64,000 nucleotides of DNA from an uncultured Candidatus Saccharibacteria bacterium. GTDB lineage: Bacteria; Patescibacteriota; Minisyncoccia; Phycocordibacterales; JAKAEA01. A model generated the notes under the pieces. The model was not told the origin of the DNA. It saw nothing but the letters and a program-made list of their open reading frames with translations, and searched no databases. Shown here in pieces: positions 51,270 through 61,355 of the stretch (within the stretch, counting starts at the first letter, position 1; each line of letters begins with the position of its first letter). The position numbers and the translations under genes were made by a program. Location of the stretch: positions 1,434 through 65,433 of the forward strand of contig CAZNZK010000001.1 in the NCBI GenBank assembly GCA_964577595.1. Reading direction: 5' to 3'.

Positions 51270-51640
51270 AGGGTTACAAATTAGTACTTAATAAGTAACT
51301 AGTATAAATGAGCGTTATGAATTTTGATAGTGCCTTTTCGGTACCTACAGAAAATTGTTTACAAAACGTGTATTTCCAGCATTTCTGCGTCGCTTTATTT
51401 TTAAAAATGGCCTACTGAAGGCGTGCTATACCACATTAGGTCACAAAAAAACATATGCGATTTAATGCATATGTTTCCTGCGGTAAAAAAGCCCTTTAGT
51501 TAGGGATCCTGCGTCGAAAAAATAATTTATTTGCAAAATTTGACAGGTTTTTAGAGCATTTTCTGTACCTTGCCTAAAGGCTTTTCTGACAGAACAGGAT
51601 TTTTTGGATTGCGCAAGGGTCTTCGGCGAAAATGTGGCTA

Positions 51641-53440
51641 TTATTTATTTTTGGTACCCCGTTCAGCGCGGTCTTTGTCTATTTTGGTGAGATATTTTTT
51701 GCGGAGACGGACGTTTTTAGGCGTAATTTCAATGTATTCATCCTCACTCATGATTTCCATGGCGCGCTCAATAGAGAGTTTCCAAGCGGGGGCAAGGTAA
51801 ATGCTGTCGTCACTGCCGGAGGCGCGCATGTTGGTGAGTTGTTTGCCTTTGGTGGGGTTGACGTAGAGATCTTCACCTTTGGTGGCAGTGCCAATAACTT
51901 GACCCTCGTATACTTCATCGGCAGGCTCAACATACAGGGTGCCGCGCTGTTGGAGGTTGTCCAACGAGAAGGCGAGGACTTTGCCTGGAGCCATGGAAAT
52001 CATGGCGGCGGCCTGGCGGTGGTCCATCTCGCCGGCATAAGGACGGAATTCCAGAAAACGCGAAGAAAGAATACCTTCGCCTTTTGTGTCTATGATGAAT
52101 TCGTTGCGATAGCCGAGAAGGCCGCGGGTGGGGATTTCAAAAGTGAGGCGAGTGATGCCGCGATCCTCAACCATGTTGTGGAGCTGGCCACGGCGGCGAT
52201 TGAGCTTTTCAATGATGGCACTGGCGTAGGTGCTTGGCACGTCGGCAATAGTTTCCTCAAACGGCTCAAGCTTAACGCCATTCTCCTCCTTTATGATGAC
52301 CTGTGGCTGAGAAACCTGGACCTCATAGCCTTCACGGCGCATGTTTTCCAGGAGAATTGAAATGTGGAGTTCTCCGCGGCCGTATACCTTGAATGCTTCG
52401 TTGGAAGAAAAGTCCACTTTGAGGCCGACGTTCACTTCAAGCTCGTGCTCCAGGCGTTCGCGGATTTGGCGGCCTGTGACGAGCGAGCCCTCGCGCCCGG
52501 CAAAGGGGGAGTTGTTAACCAGAAAGTTGAGGGCAATCGTCGGCTCGTCAATTTTAATGGCAGCCAGGGGAGTGGTGTCGGGGCTCGTGCTGACGGTTTC
52601 GCCGATGAAGATTTCCGGCAAGCCAGCAATCATGACGATGTCGCCCGGAGCAGTTTCGTTGATTTCCTTGCGCACCGTGCCTTCAAAAGTAAAAATTTTG
52701 GTGATTTTTCCGGAGTGTTTTTCGCCGGTAGGGGCATTGGCGTAGACCATTTCGCCCGTTTTTGCTTTGCCGGCATACACGCGGCCGATGGCCATGCGGC
52801 CGAGGAAGTTGTCGTAGGCAAGGTTGAATACTTGCATTAGAAATGGAGCGTCGGCCGAAGCGTCTTTATTTGCGGGGGCGACTTCACGTAAAATAGTTTC
52901 CAGAAGCGGCGTGAGGTCCTTGGATTCGTCCTCCAATTTCATTTTAGCTATTCCTTGGCGGCCGATGGCGAAAACGGTGGTGAATTCTAGTTGCTTGTCG
53001 TCGGCGCCGAGCTCAAAGAAAAGTTCCAACACTTCATCAATGACTTCTTTGGGGCGAGCGGCCGGTTTATCTATCTTATTAATAACCACAATTGGTTTAA
53101 GGCCGAGCTCAAGCGATTTTTTCAAAACGAAACGTGTTTGCGGCATTGGGCCTTCCTGAGCATCAACGACGAGTAAAACGGAATCAATGGCGCGAAGAAC
53201 ACGCTCTACTTCAGAGCCGAAGTCGGCATGGCCTGGGGTGTCTACGATGTTGATTTTTGTGTCTTTGTAATAGAGAGAAGTGTTTTTGGCGTAAATGGTA
53301 ATGCCGCGCTCCTGTTCAAGGGCGTTGGAGTCCATGGTGACGCCTTCGGCCACCATGCCCGTTTGGCGTAGCAGGGCATCCGTCAAGGTGGTCTTGCCGT
53401 GGTCAACGTGAGCGATAATGGCGATATTGCGAATTTCCAT
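51641..53440 (-). CDS. typA: Translational GTPase TypA/BipA
   Basis: [46 protein letters not shown]. Confidence 0.97.
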   Translation of the reverse strand: MEIRNIAIIAHVDHGKTTLTDALLRQTGMVAEGVTMDSNALEQERGITIYAKNTSLYYKDTKINIVDTPGHADFGSEVERVLRAIDSVLLVVDAQEGPMPQTRFVLKKSLELGLKPIVVINKIDKPAARPKEVIDEVLELFFELGADDKQLEFTTVFAIGRQGIAKMKLEDESKDLTPLLETILREVAPANKDASADAPFLMQVFNLAYDNFLGRMAIGRVYAGKAKTGEMVYANAPTGEKHSGKITKIFTFEGTVRKEINETAPGDIVMIAGLPEIFIGETVSTSPDTTPLAAIKIDEPTIALNFLVNNSPFAGREGSLVTGRQIRERLEHELEVNVGLKVDFSSNEAFKVYGRGELHISILLENMRREGYEVQVSQPQVIIKEENGVKLEPFEETIADVPSTYASAIIEKLNRRRGQLHNMVEDRGITRLTFEIPTRGLLGYRNEFIIDTKGEGILSSRFLEFRPYAGEMDHRQAAAMISMAPGKVLAFSLDNLQQRGTLYVEPADEVYEGQVIGTATKGEDLYVNPTKGKQLTNMRASGSDDSIYLAPAWKLSIERAMEIMSEDEYIEITPKNVRLRKKYLTKIDKDRAERGTKNK

Positions 53441-53549
53441 ACAATTAAATTTACCGAGAAATAAAAAAGGTTCTCCTCAAGCCGGACGATAGGGAACAGC
53501 TTTCGGAAAACCCTTTTCGTTTCTCTGTGATATAATATTATTGTAACAT

Positions 53550-55544
53550 ATGAAAAAAATATGGGCAAGCGTGGCGGTGCTGGTGGCGGCTGTCGGCGTG
53601 GTATACGGTGATATTGGCACGTCGCCGCTCTACGCTATTAATCAAATGTTCTTGGGTGGCGCCCATGCGCTCGCGCCCACGGCGCCGGCTATTTTGGGTG
53701 CTATTAGTTTGATTTTTTGGGCGCTGACGCTCATTGTTACCTGTAAATATTTGATTTTTGTTCTGCTGGCCGACCATGAGGGCCAGGGTGGCGTGTTTGC
53801 CTTGCTGGGCCTCCTAGAGCGACATCGTCAGAAAATAGTTATCGGCCTTCTGCTCATCGTGCTCCTTGTTTCCGCCGGCCTTATTCTCGGCGAAGGCGTG
53901 ATGACGCCGGCCATTTCCGTGCTTTCGGCTGTTGAGGGCTTGGCTATTGCTAATCATGTTTTCGCGCCGTTTATCGTCATTATTACACTGGCGATTTTGT
54001 GCGTTTTGTTCGCGGTGCAATATAAAGGGACGCATCGCTTGGGCCGAATTTTTGGGCCGGTTATGCTTGTGTGGTTTTTGGTTATCGCCTTACTTGGCTT
54101 GCGCCAGATCATTGGCCAGCCGGGAATTTTGTGGGCGCTGAATCCTATTCTTGGCATTCAGCTTCTGGTGACACTCCACTGGCAGACGCTTTTCTTTGTA
54201 ATAAGCGGCATGGTGTTGGCCGTTTCCGGCGTTGAGGCTCTGTATGCTGATTTAGGGCACTTTAGTGCCGCGCCGCTGCGGCGCGGCTGGCTTTTCTTTG
54301 TGTACCCGGCTCTCATTTTAAGTTACTTTGGTCAGGGGGCATTTCTGCTCGCTCACACCGCGCCGGGGGCACTCGCTGGTGTCACTAGTATTTTTTATGC
54401 TTCGGTGCCGATAGCTTTTTTGTACCCGATGATTATTCTGGCTACTGTCGCCACGGTGGTAGCCAGCCAGGCTCTTATTTCCGGAGCCTATTCTTTAGTT
54501 GCTCAAGCTACGGCACTCAATTATTTGCCGCGTTTTCGCATTATTCACACTAACCGCACCCATGAGGGGCAAATTTATCTGCCGGCAGTGAATTGGTTTC
54601 TATTTCTCGGCTCGGCGCTTTTGGTGGTAGTTTTTGGTTCTAGCACCGCTTTGGCCAGCGCTTATGGTTTTGCTATTGCTTTGGTGATGGCAGCCACCAC
54701 TGTGGCGATGGCCGCGGTGGCAATTTTGTGGTGGCAGTGGCCGTGGTGGCGCAGTGTTTTAGTGTTCGGATGTTTTGGCGCGATTGATGTAGCTTTTGTT
54801 ATTTTTACCGGGGTGCGTTTTGGGGCGGGAGGCTGGGTGCCCGTGGCAGTTGGTGCCGCTATTTTTGCTCTCATGGGCAGTTGGAACTGGGCGCGAGGCA
54901 CTATTGCCAGTGCCCTCACTCGCTATGCGCGAGATAATAAAAATACTATGGCTGAGTTAGTGGCGCTTAAAAAACGCTTGGCCACCGGGCAGGGAGTAGT
55001 GGATGACGAGCGTGGCCGTTTTGTTGAGGCCGATAGGGCGGTGGTGTTTTTGGTGCCTGAGAGCGTTGACTCTTTGGCCGATCCCGTGCCGCTCATTGTG
55101 CGTGCGTATATGCGTCGCAACGGTGCCATCGCCAAGCATGTGATTTTGATGCACTTGGCGCGCAGTCGGCATGCCTTTGTACGCAAGGGCCGTTATGAAA
55201 TCATTCCCTTCGGAGCGAACATTTGGAGCGTCACTGGCCGTTTCGGTTTCATGGAAGAGATGTGTTTAGGTGACATCGTGGCAGAATTGGTTAATGATAT
55301 TCCCGTTCTTAAACATGACCGATTCCTAGTGGAGGCGGGGACTGAAGAGGTGCATACCGCTCGCGGGGTAGCGTGGTTTGATAATCTGCGACTGCGGCTG
55401 TTTCGTTTATTACAACGCATTTCAACGCCAACCTACCGCTATTTCGGTATAGAATCATCTACGTCGCTTTCAACCACTACTTTTCACATTTATATAGACG
55501 AACGGGGTGCCAGTATGCGTTTGCCCGACATAGATTTACCGTAA
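53550..55544 (+). CDS. kup: KUP/HAK/KT potassium transporter
   Basis: GVVYGDIGTSPLYA, EALYADLGHF, GQIYLP. Confidence 0.93.
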   Translation: MKKIWASVAVLVAAVGVVYGDIGTSPLYAINQMFLGGAHALAPTAPAILGAISLIFWALTLIVTCKYLIFVLLADHEGQGGVFALLGLLERHRQKIVIGLLLIVLLVSAGLILGEGVMTPAISVLSAVEGLAIANHVFAPFIVIITLAILCVLFAVQYKGTHRLGRIFGPVMLVWFLVIALLGLRQIIGQPGILWALNPILGIQLLVTLHWQTLFFVISGMVLAVSGVEALYADLGHFSAAPLRRGWLFFVYPALILSYFGQGAFLLAHTAPGALAGVTSIFYASVPIAFLYPMIILATVATVVASQALISGAYSLVAQATALNYLPRFRIIHTNRTHEGQIYLPAVNWFLFLGSALLVVVFGSSTALASAYGFAIALVMAATTVAMAAVAILWWQWPWWRSVLVFGCFGAIDVAFVIFTGVRFGAGGWVPVAVGAAIFALMGSWNWARGTIASALTRYARDNKNTMAELVALKKRLATGQGVVDDERGRFVEADRAVVFLVPESVDSLADPVPLIVRAYMRRNGAIAKHVILMHLARSRHAFVRKGRYEIIPFGANIWSVTGRFGFMEEMCLGDIVAELVNDIPVLKHDRFLVEAGTEEVHTARGVAWFDNLRLRLFRLLQRISTPTYRYFGIESSTSLSTTTFHIYIDERGASMRLPDIDLP

Positions 55545-55551
55545 ATTATGC

Positions 55552-55580
55552 TTGACAAGTTGTCAACACTTTGCTAGTAT
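55552..55580 (+). promoter_or_regulatory. Sigma70 promoter with palindrome over the -35 box
   Basis: TTGACA-N17-TAGTAT; TTGACAAGTTGTCAA inverted repeat. Confidence 0.65.
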
Positions 55581-55675
55581 ATAGCCTGAACTACTCTAGG
55601 CAACTAGATAGCAAAACAGCGCTTTGTAGCGCCGTTTAATCGACCTTTCACAAACTTCTTTTTTAGGAGAAGCTT

Positions 55676-56749
55676 ATGCTTCACACAACTCGTTCCGCTC
55701 GTCGTATTCGTTCGTCCTCGGCCCGTCTCATGATGGAAGCTTTGGACAGTCGCGAACTCATGTCCGTGACCATGCCGACGGTAACGCCGGCCGCACCCGT
55801 CCAAGCCGCTCCGGCCCCCGTCGTCACGGTGACGACACTGGTGCCCTTGGTCAATGCCAATGTGCGGGTGGGCGTTGATAACAACGGCAACTTGCAGGTG
55901 GCGGCGTATGGCGCGTATAGCGTCACTACCGGTCAGCCGACCGCGCCAGCCAACATCGTGCTGTACATGTACCACGACAGCAGTCGCGGTGGTGCTGATG
56001 TCAGCATCTCCGCCGGCGGTATGAACGTCGTCCTGCCCGTTGCAAGTTACAGCGGCATTACGGTGACGGACACCACCGGTGGAACCATCAATTTCAGCGC
56101 TCCGGACACCCAGTTGTTGGCGGACTATGTGCCATTCGTCAATTTGACGTCCAATGGCTCCGTCTATCTCACTTCGGTTGTGCCGGTCAACGCCACGGGC
56201 AACTACGTCAATGAGGGTGACACGGGGTTCTTCAATCCCCGCGACAACCTCACCGGCCATACCGTTATCTCGGTGCCGGGTGGTGCCAATCTCTTTGCCG
56301 TAGGTACGGGTGCGACCCTGGTTTCTTCCGGGCCGATCAATTCCACCTTCTTTGGCGATAGTGGCGGCACTAGTGTTATCTGTGGTGGCAATGCCAATAA
56401 CATTGCCTATCTCGGTGCCGGCGACAGCGCCTCATTCGGGACTGGCAACAATACCGTCAACGTCAACTCCTACGGCACTACGTTTGACCCGAGTAACATT
56501 TATTTTGGCGGCGGAAGCAACCAAGTGAATGTGCGTGGCGACCTGAATGCCCTGGTAACGATTAACCAAAGTGGTGGTTCGGTATACGTACAGCAGTTCA
56601 CCTCCGTGCGCTATCTTGGCGTCATGGCCTACAGCGGCGGTACGGGCACGCTGGTTCGGGACAACTCCCTTATGGGTGATCCCAACTACAACTTGCTCAA
56701 CAGTGTTCTCTATTACGCCGACCTCAACACTGTTGGCGGCAAGGGCTAG
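55676..56749 (+). CDS. Orphan cassette 3: Gly/Asn-rich beta protein with planctomycete-type (LEPR-XLL-like) N-terminal signal
   Basis: AGGAG 6 nt before ATG; RSARRIRSSSARLMMEALDSRELMS; RTX-like G-G-N-x repeats. Confidence 0.75.
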   Translation: MLHTTRSARRIRSSSARLMMEALDSRELMSVTMPTVTPAAPVQAAPAPVVTVTTLVPLVNANVRVGVDNNGNLQVAAYGAYSVTTGQPTAPANIVLYMYHDSSRGGADVSISAGGMNVVLPVASYSGITVTDTTGGTINFSAPDTQLLADYVPFVNLTSNGSVYLTSVVPVNATGNYVNEGDTGFFNPRDNLTGHTVISVPGGANLFAVGTGATLVSSGPINSTFFGDSGGTSVICGGNANNIAYLGAGDSASFGTGNNTVNVNSYGTTFDPSNIYFGGGSNQVNVRGDLNALVTINQSGGSVYVQQFTSVRYLGVMAYSGGTGTLVRDNSLMGDPNYNLLNSVLYYADLNTVGGKG

Positions 56750-56782
56750 GATGTAGCGTCAGAAAAAAGAAGGTTGGTTCGT

Positions 56783-56816
56783 AGCCCCGGGCACATTCGT
56801 GTGTTCGGGGCTTTTT
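56783..56816 (+). terminator. Intrinsic terminator
   Basis: AGCCCCGGGCACA-TTCG-TGTGTTCGGGGCT plus T tract. Confidence 0.85.
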
Positions 56817-56840
56817 CTTGGATGAAAATTGCAATGTGTT

Positions 56841-57356
56841 TTATTGAAGCGTAAAGGTCAGCTGGTTGCTCACGCCATTGGCATTTTTTATGGTCAGCAT
56901 TTCAGAACCTGCCGGGAAAAGCACAGCCCATGTGGGACAAGCGGCAGTGGGGGCGCAATCGGCTCCGCCATATTTAGGTACAGTGAAGGAAATAGTGTGG
57001 CCATCAATAGAAGAAAGGTTGGAAACTGCACGAAAGACGCCGAAGTTTACATTGTTGCCTGTGGGGGTAAAGCCGGTGCCAGTGAGGGTAACGATGGCTC
57101 CTGTCGTGGTAGCCATAGGGAGAAGGTTGGTGATTTTGGGGGCAGACAGTACGACTGGGGCTGGTTTAGGGGTTATTGGTTTGGTTGGCGCGGCAGGTTG
57201 AGGAATGTTGCTGGATGGCAATGGTGTTGTGCTTGTAGCGTTAGTTTCCGGAGGAACGGTTTGAACTGGCGCAGGTGTTTTAAATACAAGAAAAAAGACG
57301 AGGGCGGCGGCTACTACTAAAATACCCAAAGCGAGAAGAAATTTTGATGTTTTCAT
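56841..57356 (-). CDS. Membrane-anchored IPT/TIG-domain protein
   Basis: N-terminal TM, Pro/Thr linker, PKITNL..VTLTGTGF..ISFTVP..GVSN. Confidence 0.8.
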   Translation of the reverse strand: MKTSKFLLALGILVVAAALVFFLVFKTPAPVQTVPPETNATSTTPLPSSNIPQPAAPTKPITPKPAPVVLSAPKITNLLPMATTTGAIVTLTGTGFTPTGNNVNFGVFRAVSNLSSIDGHTISFTVPKYGGADCAPTAACPTWAVLFPAGSEMLTIKNANGVSNQLTFTLQ

Positions 57357-57392
57357 GGCGGCAGTATACCACAATTTGCTATACTTTCTACA

Positions 57393-58691
57393 ATGAATTC
57401 GGCATTGCTATGGGGACGGGTGCTAATGGCCGACACGCTGGCTTTTCACATATTTTTTGCGCTTTTGGGTGTGGGTATTCCGCTCTTTGTGTGTGTTGCT
57501 GAGTTTATTGCTATGGTGCGTCGCGATGGGGATTTCTTGAAAATAGCCAAGCGTTGGTCATTTGCTATGGCGGTGCTTTTTGCCGTAGGGGCGATTTCTG
57601 GCACGGTGGTGGCTATTGAATTTTTTATGCTCTGGCCGGGCTTTACCGCTTTTGCCGGGCCGGCTATCGGCCTGCCGATGTTTCTTGAGGTTTTCGCGTT
57701 CTTTATTGAGGCGATCTTCTTGAGTATCTATTTATATACGTGGGAGAGGTGGGGAAGCGTCCACAGTTCGTGGCGGCATTGGTTGTGCTCCTTGCCCGTC
57801 GTGCTCGGCTCGCTCGCCTCGGCCTTTTTGATAACTACCGTGAATGCATTTATGAATGTGCCGAGCGGTATTACAACCGCAAAGGTCGGCGGCGTTTTGA
57901 AAATTGTGACGGTGAATCCATGGCAAGCGATGTTTGGGCCAGCTGTTTTTAGCGAAACCACACACTCTATTTTTGCCTACTATGCCACCACCGCTTTTAT
58001 TGCCGCGGCCATGTATGCCTGGATGATTGCGCGCCGGCAAAAAAAACAAGGTCAAACTCCCGAAACTGAAACGTATATGCGCAAAGGTCTGGCTTATTCT
58101 TTGATTGTCGCTTTTGTTTTTGCCCTCGTGGTTGGTTGGACAGGAGATCACTCGGCGCGATTTTTGGCTTCGCATGAGCCCCTCAAGTTGGCAACTATAG
58201 AACAAGTGTCCGCAACGGAGGCGAATGCCCCCTTGGTTTTCTTTGGCGTGCATGTGCCGGGTATGTTGAGTGTGATGGTTGGGGGCACGCGCGATACTGT
58301 TGTTCGCGGCTTGGCTAGTTTTGACCCGGCTCTTTGGCCGCCCGCATTCATTCATGTGCTTTTTGACCTTATGGCCGCAAGCGGATTTTTATTGTTGCTC
58401 GTGCCAATTCTCTATTTTATTGTGCCGAAATGGCGGTATTCCCGGGCCTTAGTTTTTCTTATTATCCTTTCTGCTTTGGCGGCAGTGTTTTCCGTTGAGG
58501 CTGGTTGGATTGTTACCGAGGTTGGCCGCCAGCCATTTGTGGTGGCAGGACTCATGAAAACCGCGGAGGCCTTCACGCCTTCGACTGGTGTGGTTGCTAT
58601 CGCGCTTATTTTTCCCGTGCTCTATATTGTCCTAGCTATTGCCGCTTTTTGGATTCTTATTCGCCATTACGCATATCATAAACCGCTCTAA
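57393..58691 (+). CDS. cydA: Cytochrome bd oxidase subunit I (short Q-loop)
   Basis: FHIFF heme His, EVFAFFIEA, second His (TTHS), PLKLATIE, FDLM, GWIVTEVGRQP. Confidence 0.93.
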   Translation: MNSALLWGRVLMADTLAFHIFFALLGVGIPLFVCVAEFIAMVRRDGDFLKIAKRWSFAMAVLFAVGAISGTVVAIEFFMLWPGFTAFAGPAIGLPMFLEVFAFFIEAIFLSIYLYTWERWGSVHSSWRHWLCSLPVVLGSLASAFLITTVNAFMNVPSGITTAKVGGVLKIVTVNPWQAMFGPAVFSETTHSIFAYYATTAFIAAAMYAWMIARRQKKQGQTPETETYMRKGLAYSLIVAFVFALVVGWTGDHSARFLASHEPLKLATIEQVSATEANAPLVFFGVHVPGMLSVMVGGTRDTVVRGLASFDPALWPPAFIHVLFDLMAASGFLLLLVPILYFIVPKWRYSRALVFLIILSALAAVFSVEAGWIVTEVGRQPFVVAGLMKTAEAFTPSTGVVAIALIFPVLYIVLAIAAFWILIRHYAYHKPL

Positions 58692-58694
58692 TTT

Positions 58695-59666
58695 ATGTAT
58701 TCACTTTTTACTGCCCACATACCATTTCTCGCCGTACTCATCGCGGGTTTTTTCCTGTGGTGCTACATAGTAGCCAGCTCGGTTGAGTTCGGTCTATCGC
58801 TCCTCATTCTATTTCCGCGGCTCGCTGGCGAGCGCTCGTTGCTGGTCATAACAATTTTGAATCCAATATGGGAAGTGAATAATGTCTTTTTGGTCGGCTT
58901 TTTTGTGTCGCTTTTCGCCTTTTTCCCTGGTTTTGTGCCGTGGCTTACAATCACACTTTTTACGCCGCTCTGCATTTTTGTAGCAGTGAGTGGTGCGCGC
59001 ATTTTGCTCGTGCTCGTATTCTTTTATAGCTCATGGGAATGGCTTAAAAAGTCGCTAGTAGTACGCTCCGCATTTGCTCTATGTTCTTTTGCTGGCCCAG
59101 TGTTATTGGCAGTGGGCGCCGTTGCTGTACTTACGGGCATTGCTCCAAGCCTCTGGCCCGCATCATTTTTCTGGCTGGTGGCAGCAGCGGTGTGTGTTGC
59201 CCTTTCGTCACTTGCCGCTTTTGCTGGGTTGTTTGGTCGGAAAACTTTTGGTGATGTGGCGGTTATTGCCTATGCCGCCAGCGCCATTTGGTTCTTTAAA
59301 ATGTTGCCGTTTTACATGCCGTGGGTTTCCATCACCCACCCACAGTTTCTTTCCAGTGCTTTTACCTGGACCTCACTACTGCTTGTTGCGGCCCTGGCTC
59401 TTGTTTTTGCCGGTCGCCTAGTGCGCCGGCCCGCAATTGCCTTTACTGGCTTAGCGGCCGTAGCCGGTATCCTAATCATCTTCGTAGCGGCCTTGCAGCA
59501 GCCTTATTTGGCATATCCATTTGTGTCAGCCGCCAGCGCTTTCACGGCTCTTGCTACGGCTAAAATTCTTTTCGGGGCTTTTGCGGGAGGTTCTGTGATT
59601 TTAATTCCCAGCATCCTCCTGCTCTACTGGCTTTTTGTGTTTAATAAAAAACCGGTTGTTTTATAA
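58695..59666 (+). CDS. cydB: Cytochrome bd oxidase subunit II (divergent)
   Basis: Directly after cydA; ASSVEFG, PIWEVNNVFLV..FFP; multiple TMs. Confidence 0.85.
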   Translation: MYSLFTAHIPFLAVLIAGFFLWCYIVASSVEFGLSLLILFPRLAGERSLLVITILNPIWEVNNVFLVGFFVSLFAFFPGFVPWLTITLFTPLCIFVAVSGARILLVLVFFYSSWEWLKKSLVVRSAFALCSFAGPVLLAVGAVAVLTGIAPSLWPASFFWLVAAAVCVALSSLAAFAGLFGRKTFGDVAVIAYAASAIWFFKMLPFYMPWVSITHPQFLSSAFTWTSLLLVAALALVFAGRLVRRPAIAFTGLAAVAGILIIFVAALQQPYLAYPFVSAASAFTALATAKILFGAFAGGSVILIPSILLLYWLFVFNKKPVVL

Positions 59667-60494
59667 AAGAATAAAGGCCACGAAACCGGCGACGATACAG
59701 TAAATAGCAAACGGCAAAAGATTGTTGCCGACTTTTTTGAAATAGCGCGTGAGGAATTTTGCGGAAAAGTAGCTGGCAACGGCGGCGGCAAGAGCGCCCA
59801 CAATGGCCGGCCCTACAAGCGGGCGATTGGCAGCTGAAGCCAAGCTCGGTAATTTTAAAAGGGCAGCTGCCAGAATAATCGGTCCGGAAAGCAAGAAAGA
59901 AAATTGCAGGGCGTTTTCGCGATCAAGTCCAGTGGTGAGGCCGCCGCTCATTGTCATGCCGGTGCGAGAAAAGCCGGGGATGAGAGCAAGGATTTGCGTA
60001 AGGCCAACCCAAAAAGCTTTGCCGAAAGAAAGGGTAGTGACAGTGTGTTTTACGCGGTGACGACGGCGGGCCCAGGATTCTACGAGTAAAAGGACAATAC
60101 CGTTGGCGATGAGGACAAGAGCAACGAGGCGCGGTGACACGAAAAGCGCCGCAAGCTTTTTCTGCAGGAGCAGGCCTAAAATGCCGGCAGGAATGGTGGC
60201 CACAACGAGTAGCCAGCCGAGGCGCTCTATCGGGGTTTCAATTTTAAAGCGGCTGAGTGAGCGCCAAAGACCGGCAATAATAGCCAACCACTCGCGACCG
60301 AAAAAACAAATGAGTACGAGGGCGGTAGCAAAATGTGTGGCCACAAGAAAAATTAGAACGCTTTCGGCGCTATTGGCGCTTGTCCAGCCCCCAAGGCCGG
60401 AAAGGATAATACTGTGGCCCAGGCTAGAAATAGGGAAGAGTTCAGTGACTCCTTGGACGAGGCCCAACCACAGTGCTTGCCCATAACCAATCAT
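59661..60494 (-). CDS. uppP: Undecaprenyl-diphosphate phosphatase
   Basis: QGVTELFPISSLGH, ALIPGFSRTG. Confidence 0.93.
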   Translation of the reverse strand: MIGYGQALWLGLVQGVTELFPISSLGHSIILSGLGGWTSANSAESVLIFLVATHFATALVLICFFGREWLAIIAGLWRSLSRFKIETPIERLGWLLVVATIPAGILGLLLQKKLAALFVSPRLVALVLIANGIVLLLVESWARRRHRVKHTVTTLSFGKAFWVGLTQILALIPGFSRTGMTMSGGLTTGLDRENALQFSFLLSGPIILAAALLKLPSLASAANRPLVGPAIVGALAAAVASYFSAKFLTRYFKKVGNNLLPFAIYCIVAGFVAFILL

Positions 60495-60540
60495 ATTGTG
60501 TACAATGATACCATATTCGTTAATTCTTTAGAAAATCTAT

Positions 60541-61350
60541 ATGGACACAACTCCCAAGCCGGAAATCGTTACGCCACCGATGGTGAAGGAAAAAGACCCG
60601 CATTTTTATCGTCTTACTTTGCCGCTCTATATAATAGCGGGAGCGGTTGTGTTGGCAGGGGTTATGGTGGCCGGCACATTCATCTACACTCAGCACGTAG
60701 CCATTGAGGCAGCTTACGCGGCGGCCAACCAGCAGGGCGTAGCTGCGGCAGGGACAAATGGTCAGCCAGCCAATAAGCCAGTAAATGTTTCGGCGGTAAA
60801 AACGGCCGGGGAGCCGTTTATTGGCAATGCTAATGCGCCAGTGACCATCGCCGAATGGAGTGACTATCAGTGCCCGTTCTGCAAACAGTTTGAAATGAGT
60901 GTTTTGCCCCAGCTTGTCGCCAATTATGTCACGGCAGGAAAAGTCAAAATCGTCTTTAAGGACTTTCAATTTCTCGGGCCGGATTCTTTGACCGCGGCTG
61001 AAGTAGGCCGCGCCGTATGGCAAGCCTACCCGGGCCAATTCTACGCCTGGCGCCAGGCAATGTATCAGAATCAGGCCTCTGAAAATCACGCAGCCGATCC
61101 GAATGGCTTAACTAACTACCTTGCTATTACCAAAACGGTTCCCGGCATTGATGCCACTAAAATCGCCCAGCTTATCGCCCAAAACAAGACGCAGTACGAT
61201 GCCGCCATCAATGCCGACCAGCAGGAGGGTGGCAGTTTCGGCGTAAATGGTACTCCTTCATTTGTCATCGGTAATGGCAACCCCATAGTTATTGGTGGTG
61301 GTTCACTCTCTCAATTCAGTTCACTTATTGACCCGGTTTTGAAGAAATAA
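60541..61350 (+). CDS. Membrane-anchored DsbA-family oxidoreductase
   Basis: SDYQCPFC, GVNGTPSF. Confidence 0.9.
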   Translation: MDTTPKPEIVTPPMVKEKDPHFYRLTLPLYIIAGAVVLAGVMVAGTFIYTQHVAIEAAYAAANQQGVAAAGTNGQPANKPVNVSAVKTAGEPFIGNANAPVTIAEWSDYQCPFCKQFEMSVLPQLVANYVTAGKVKIVFKDFQFLGPDSLTAAEVGRAVWQAYPGQFYAWRQAMYQNQASENHAADPNGLTNYLAITKTVPGIDATKIAQLIAQNKTQYDAAINADQQEGGSFGVNGTPSFVIGNGNPIVIGGGSLSQFSSLIDPVLKK

Positions 61351-61355
61351 AAGCT

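Noticed and set aside
55052-55060. GGTGCCTGA inside kup as a REP arm
   Set aside because: A 9-nt match is plausible by chance and lacks the flanking AACC/CCC
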